The translations under genes were made by a program, and so were the position numbers. This document shows, one piece after another, positions 59,196 to 64,000 of a DNA stretch of 64,000 nt; the first letter of the stretch is position 1; each line of letters starts with the position of its first letter. This DNA comes from an uncultured Planctomycetota bacterium (GTDB taxonomy: Bacteria; Planctomycetota; Planctomycetia; Pirellulales; Lacipirellulaceae), in the NCBI GenBank assembly GCA_963719315.1, contig CAVRBU010000004.1, positions 384,001 to 448,000 on the forward strand, in the 5' to 3' direction. Below the pieces are notes generated by a model that saw only the letters and a program-made list of their open reading frames with translations, was not told the DNA's origin and did no database searches.

Positions 59196-61307
59196 ATGCT
59201 GCGAACTGGCCAGTTTTGTTGTCGAGAACCGCGTAAGGTGAGCACCGCTCACCAGCGTGCGCGCCATCCGGTAGCTGAATTCTTGCGATTCCAGCTAACG
59301 CCGTGGAGTACATTTTTCGGTGGTTGCCGCCCTGCCCTGCACCGTGCGTTGCTGACCGCCGCGTTCGCGACCTGCCTGATCGCCACAATCGGCCGCGATG
59401 CTCTGGGCCAATTGGCGCCCGTTGCGCCGGTTGCCGTCATGCCGCAGGCGTTGCCCGAGCCGATCTACTGGAAGCAGCATTTATTCTTGATTCCATACCA
59501 ATGGGGATCGGCGGCCCAATCGGGCGCGGCACGGTCGGTCACGCTGTTCGTGTCGAAGGACCGCGGCGCGAGTTGGCAGAAAATCAGCGAAGCCCGGCCG
59601 GAGGTCAAGTCGTTCAACTATCGCGCGGAAGGGGACGGCGAGTATTGGTTCGCGGTTCGCACGCTCGATATTCGCGGCCGCTCGTGGCCCGAGGGACCGT
59701 ACCTGCCAGAGCTCCGCGTGATCGTCGATACGACCATTCCGCGGATCGACGCCCTTCGCGTGCAGCCGGCCGCGAATGGCGCGATCGACATCGAGTGCCG
59801 CGCGACCGACGTGAATCTCGATCCGGGCAGTCTCAGGGTCGAGGCGCAAATCGCCGTGGGCGGGCCTTGGCAGTTGGTCCCGCTGCAAGCGATCGGCGGC
59901 GGCCAGTTCGGCGCGATTCAAGTGCGTTGGACACCCGCGATGGGCGTTCGACCGATCGCGATTCGCGCGAGGATTTCGGACCGGGCCGGAAACTCGGCCG
60001 ATTATCAAACCACCATCGGCGCGGGACCAGCAATATCGGGGCCGTTGTTGTCGCAACCGGCGTTGAGCGTCTTCGCGTCGAACCCGTTTGATGCCATGCC
60101 CAAAGCGACCGCCGGCCCGATAAGTTCTCCGCCGATTGTCGCGACGAGTCCTACGTCGCAGGGTTGGATGGCCGGCCCGGCAGTGGCAGCGCAGCCAGCC
60201 GGTCCGCCGGCGGCACAGCAGTGGCCGGCCGGCGCGATGGCGCGTGCGCCGTTTCGTTTGTGGACGAGCGAAACATCTCAGCAAGACGATGGCCTGACAG
60301 CGTATGGCAGCCCGCAAGTATCGGCTATCCCCGTCGTACCCCCTTTGCCTTCGAGAGAGAATCAAGCTGATGGCGCCTTGATTGCAGGCAGCACACTTCC
60401 GCCACGCGTGCCGGCTCACTATGCGGGCGCAGCGAAGACAGAGGAAGCCGCGACTTCCGACGGTTCCGGTTGGACATCGGGCACAAATGGGCCACAGTTC
60501 GCGCCGTTGGAGCCATTTCGCCAGGCAACCACTTCCGGCGCAACAGATGGCGGCGTTCCGATGTCGCCCGTGGGTCTCTCCCTCGCCACGCTCAACAATC
60601 AACCCGTGACGCCGATCGACTCGCCGCCACCGACGCATCGACCGGCCACGCAGCCGAAATTGGTCGGCTCACGCACGTTCGCGCTGGAATACGACCTGGA
60701 CGGCGCGGGCAGCGCCGGCGTCTCGAAAGTGGAACTCTGGGGCACGCGGGACGGCGGCCAATCGTGGAGCCGCTTTGCTCAGGACGACGACAACCGCAGC
60801 CCGCTCATCGTCACCGTCGACAACGAAGGCACGTATGGCTTCAAGATTCTCGTGCAGAACGCGGGCGGCGCCGCCATTGATCCGCCGCGCGTGGGGGAAG
60901 AGCCGGAGTTGTGGGTGTCTGTCGACTTGAAGCGGCCAATCGTTGAGCTCACGGCCATCGAGCGCGGCGAAGGCAACCTGGCCGACCACCTGATCCTCCG
61001 CTGGCGAGCCCAGGACAACAATTTGGAACAGCGGCCGATCTCATTGTATTTCAGCAGCCGCCCCGGGGGCCCATGGTCGGCGATCGCGACCAACCTGGAA
61101 GACACCGGTCAGTACGCCTGGCGCGTCGAACGTTACGTGCCGACGCGAATCTATCTGCGGATCGAAGCCCGCGACACGGCCGGCAACCTGGCCGCGTTTC
61201 AAACGCGCGAGCCGGTGGAATTCTCGTCGCCGCAGTTGACGGGCCGGCTACGTTCGGCGGCGCCGGCCGGGCCGACGGCCAATGGTTCTAATGACTCATA
61301 CCGGTGA
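59196..61307 (+). CDS. Secreted hypothetical protein with two related Ig-like modules and a Pro-rich linker; start uncertain
   Basis: LFVSKDRGASWQ..DGEYWF and LWGTRDGGQSW..EGTYGF repeats; RIEARDTAGN. Confidence 0.65.
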   Translation: MLRTGQFCCREPRKVSTAHQRARHPVAEFLRFQLTPWSTFFGGCRPALHRALLTAAFATCLIATIGRDALGQLAPVAPVAVMPQALPEPIYWKQHLFLIPYQWGSAAQSGAARSVTLFVSKDRGASWQKISEARPEVKSFNYRAEGDGEYWFAVRTLDIRGRSWPEGPYLPELRVIVDTTIPRIDALRVQPAANGAIDIECRATDVNLDPGSLRVEAQIAVGGPWQLVPLQAIGGGQFGAIQVRWTPAMGVRPIAIRARISDRAGNSADYQTTIGAGPAISGPLLSQPALSVFASNPFDAMPKATAGPISSPPIVATSPTSQGWMAGPAVAAQPAGPPAAQQWPAGAMARAPFRLWTSETSQQDDGLTAYGSPQVSAIPVVPPLPSRENQADGALIAGSTLPPRVPAHYAGAAKTEEAATSDGSGWTSGTNGPQFAPLEPFRQATTSGATDGGVPMSPVGLSLATLNNQPVTPIDSPPPTHRPATQPKLVGSRTFALEYDLDGAGSAGVSKVELWGTRDGGQSWSRFAQDDDNRSPLIVTVDNEGTYGFKILVQNAGGAAIDPPRVGEEPELWVSVDLKRPIVELTAIERGEGNLADHLILRWRAQDNNLEQRPISLYFSSRPGGPWSAIATNLEDTGQYAWRVERYVPTRIYLRIEARDTAGNLAAFQTREPVEFSSPQLTGRLRSAAPAGPTANGSNDSYR

Positions 61308-61383
61308 AGAGACGATGCAGTTATACTGCGTCGGCTATTTGTCGTCTTCTGTCAATTGAGCGTACTCTGAACTAAGTTCAACC

Positions 61384-62457
61384 ATGGCTAAGTCCGCCGC
61401 GAAAGCAGGCGTTGTGAGCGCGCTGGATTACTTGGCGCATCCGGAGAAACATTCGGCGGCAAGCGTGTGCGCGGTGTTTGGCGATGATTCGTTTCTTAAG
61501 TCGGAAGTACTGACGGCGCTACGGCGGCAGGTGCTTGGCGGGAGCGAGGGCGAATTTGGCCTCACGACATTTGCGGGCCGCGAGGTCCTGTTGCGCGACG
61601 TACGGGATGCGCTTTCGTCGATGTCGTTGTTTGGCGATGGGCAGCGGCTGGTGATCATCGAGGAGGCCGATCCGTTTGTCACCGAGTATCGCGCGGAACT
61701 CGAAGATTTCGTCGCAGCCCCTGCGCGGGGTGTGCTCGTGCTCGACGTAAAGACGTGGCCCGGCAACACGCGGCTGGCGAAAGCGGTGGCGGCGAGCGGA
61801 ATGTCGATTGATTGCAAGTCGCCCAGCGAGCGGCAGATCAAAAGTTGGCTTACTCAGCGGGCCAAAAACGTATACCAGGCGCGGCTCGATGCGGCGGCGG
61901 CGGATGCGCTCGTAGAGTTAGTGCCGCCGGAGCTGGGCATTCTGGTCCAAGAGGTGGCCAAGTTGGCATTGATGGTCGGCGAGTCGCGCGTGATTGACGT
62001 GAGCCTCGTGCGCGAAAATGTTGGCGGTTGGCGGACGCGGGCGACTTGGGACATGGTGGATGCCGCCGCGGATGGCCGCGCGGCCGACGCGCTCGCGCAG
62101 CTCGATCGGCTGATTGCCTCCGGGGAGAAGCCGCACGGACTGTTGCCGCAGATGGCGTCGTCGTTCCGGCGATTCGCCACGGCCGTGGAGCTGATCGAAG
62201 CGGCCGAAGCGGACCGGCGGCGGATAACGCCCCGCGACGCGCTGGCCCAGGCGGGCGTCTTGCCGTTCAAACTCTCCGACGCCGAGCGGCAGCTTCGGCA
62301 AATCGGCCGTAAGCGAGCCCGGCATCTCACCGAGTGGCTGCTAGCAGCCGACCTGGCGATCAAGGGTCACCATTCGGCGGATGACCGCGCTCGAATTGAG
62401 CTCGAACGGCTGATCGTGCGACTCTCGGCGGCTGCGGCGCGGGTTGCCGCGATGTAG
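61384..62457 (+). CDS. holA: DNA polymerase III delta subunit
   Basis: FGDDSFL, SLFGD..RLVII, QEVAKL, ADLAIKG, LERLI. Confidence 0.85.
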   Translation: MAKSAAKAGVVSALDYLAHPEKHSAASVCAVFGDDSFLKSEVLTALRRQVLGGSEGEFGLTTFAGREVLLRDVRDALSSMSLFGDGQRLVIIEEADPFVTEYRAELEDFVAAPARGVLVLDVKTWPGNTRLAKAVAASGMSIDCKSPSERQIKSWLTQRAKNVYQARLDAAAADALVELVPPELGILVQEVAKLALMVGESRVIDVSLVRENVGGWRTRATWDMVDAAADGRAADALAQLDRLIASGEKPHGLLPQMASSFRRFATAVELIEAAEADRRRITPRDALAQAGVLPFKLSDAERQLRQIGRKRARHLTEWLLAADLAIKGHHSADDRARIELERLIVRLSAAAARVAAM

Positions 62458-62772
62458 CCGATTTTCTCCAATCGAAGATTCGCTGTGGCAAAATCTCGGA
62501 TTTTGACAGTATTGGTGAAAACCCCCCGCTACCCCCGCTACCTGCTGGTAAACTCGCCCTGGACAGTCGGGCCCGAAAATTGGTATATCTTGACCTGCCT
62601 TACGGAAACGCTCTATCTTAGGCTGCTTACGGGGAACGGTCGGATGCTGTCGTTCGAGCGACTGGTCTGGCCGATTGGCCCGGCGTTGGTACGATTTCGG
62701 CAGGCAGCACTGTCTGCATTCACAATATAGCGACTTAAAGAAACATAGTTAGTTAGCAGGAGGATCGAAAAG

Positions 62773-63021
62773 GTGGCCGCCACAGTAATGGAACGAGTTA
62801 AAGATATCGTCGCCGACAACTTGGGCGTCGATCGGGAGAAGATTACGCCGGAGACGTTTTTCGTCAACGATCTGGGGGCCGATTCGCTCGATACGGTCGA
62901 ACTGGTCATGGAATTGGAAGAAGAGTTCGACATTAACATTCCGGACGACGCCGCCGAGAAGATTCAAACCGTTGGTCAAGCCGTTCAATACATTGAGAGC
63001 GGCATGAACGGGAAGAGTTGA
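62773..63021 (+). CDS. acpP: Acyl carrier protein
   Basis: [33 protein letters not shown] start. Confidence 0.96.
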   Translation: MAATVMERVKDIVADNLGVDREKITPETFFVNDLGADSLDTVELVMELEEEFDINIPDDAAEKIQTVGQAVQYIESGMNGKS

Positions 63022-63029
63022 GCGTCGAG

Positions 63030-63128
63030 GGGTGGCATGCTCTCGTGAAGTACGAGGAGCATGCCCACGCTCGCAATCAGTGTTCTCGTGCTTCACGTGA
63101 GCAAGGTGCGAGCGAGGGCATGCCACCC
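63030..63128. repeat. GGGTGGCATG-type REP-like inverted doublet
   Basis: GGGTGGCATGCTCTCG ... CGAGGGCATGCCACCC, followed by GCTCCCT heptamers. Confidence 0.72.
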
Positions 63129-63162
63129 GATTTGCTCCCTGCTCCCTGCTCCGAGCTTGTCT

Positions 63163-64000
63163 ATGAAACGACGCGTCGTCGTCACTGGGATTGGTGCCGT
63201 CACATCGCTGAGCTGCAAGGTTGATGACTTGTGGCAGAAGCTGCTGCGCGGGCAGAGCGGCGTCCATAATCTTAAAGCGTTCGACACCAGCCAGCATAAG
63301 GTGAAGTTCGGCGGCGACATTTACGATTGGTCGATGGAAGGATACGTCGAGCGCAAGGAAGAAAAGCGGATCGACCGCTTCACGCAGTTCGCGATGGTCG
63401 CCGGCATCGATGCGGTGAACGACTCCGGCCTCGACTTCGAGAAAGAAGAAGCGTTTCGCTGCGGCGTAATTCTGGGCTCGGGAATCGGTGGGCTGACGGA
63501 AATCGAAGCCCAGCACGAAAGGCTGATCACGAAAGGTCCGGACAAAGTCTCCGCGTTCACGATTCCTAAGCTGATGCTCAACGCGGCCAGCGGGCACGTT
63601 TCGATTCGTTACGGCCTGCGCGGCCCGAACTACGCGGTGGCCACCGCGTGTGCCAGCGCCACGAACGCGATGGGCGACGCCTTCAAAGCGATTCAATACG
63701 ACGATGCCGATATCATGATCACCGGCGGCACCGAAGCGGCATGCACGCCGATGGGCCTGGCCGGTTTTGCCAACATGCGGGCTCTTTCCGAGCGGCACGA
63801 CGATCCGGCCAGCGCCAGCCGGCCGTTCGACGCCGATCGGGACGGATTCGTCCTTTCCGAAGGCGCCGGGTTGTTGGTGTTCGAGGAGTTGGAACACGCC
63901 CAGGCCCGCGGCGCGAGGATCTATGCTGAAATCCTGGGCTACGGGGCAAGCGCCGATGGCGGCCACATCACGCAGCCGGACGCCGAGGGAATCGGCGCGG
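63163..64000 (+). CDS. fabF: Beta-ketoacyl-ACP synthase II; 3' end outside window (absent from ORF track)
   Basis: Manual translation: MKRRVVVTGIG, DRFTQFA, GSGIGG, ATACASA, SRPFDADRDGFVLSEGAG. Confidence 0.95.
   Translation, partial: MKRRVVVTGIGAVTSLSCKVDDLWQKLLRGQSGVHNLKAFDTSQHKVKFGGDIYDWSMEGYVERKEEKRIDRFTQFAMVAGIDAVNDSGLDFEKEEAFRCGVILGSGIGGLTEIEAQHERLITKGPDKVSAFTIPKLMLNAASGHVSIRYGLRGPNYAVATACASATNAMGDAFKAIQYDDADIMITGGTEAACTPMGLAGFANMRALSERHDDPASASRPFDADRDGFVLSEGAGLLVFEELEHAQARGARIYAEILGYGASADGGHITQPDAEGIGA

Noticed and set aside
62749..63966. 405-aa minus-strand ORF
   Set aside because: Antisense shadow of acpP-fabF

Overview
GC-rich bacterial chromosomal window, very probably a planctomycete of the Pirellulales/Lacipirellulaceae type. 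Support: PEP-CTERM proteins with dockerin-like tails, a planctomycete RRLxxExLExR export motif and a TIGR03000-like domain. Housekeeping genes (tatC, rluB, pyrK, rpsT, cobA/hemD, coaD, pcm, asd, truA, accA, dtd, pdxA, clpX, holA, acpP, fabF) alternate with secreted glycoside hydrolases, an ExbB-ExbD-ExbD set, two toxin-antitoxin pairs and a mannosylfructose/sucrose-type synthase-phosphatase-hydrolase locus. The small-element layer is rich: a RAYT flanked by its REPs, one of them split by an IS630; three copies of a 122-bp MITE carrying a REP doublet; an internally deleted ISKra4-like element inside a PEP-CTERM signal; several other REP families; and REP-derived segments translated inside three proteins. 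The best candidates for uncharacterised systems are (i) a GSW-repeat/TIGR03000 secreted protein beside an SdpA/SdpB(HTTM)-like pair and an apparently exported PIMT, and (ii) a three-gene envelope cluster with two paralogous unknown domains plus a DUF11-like lipoprotein. About 11 apparent frameshifts, one in asd, look like assembly indels. All family calls come from motif recognition by eye; no searches were run.
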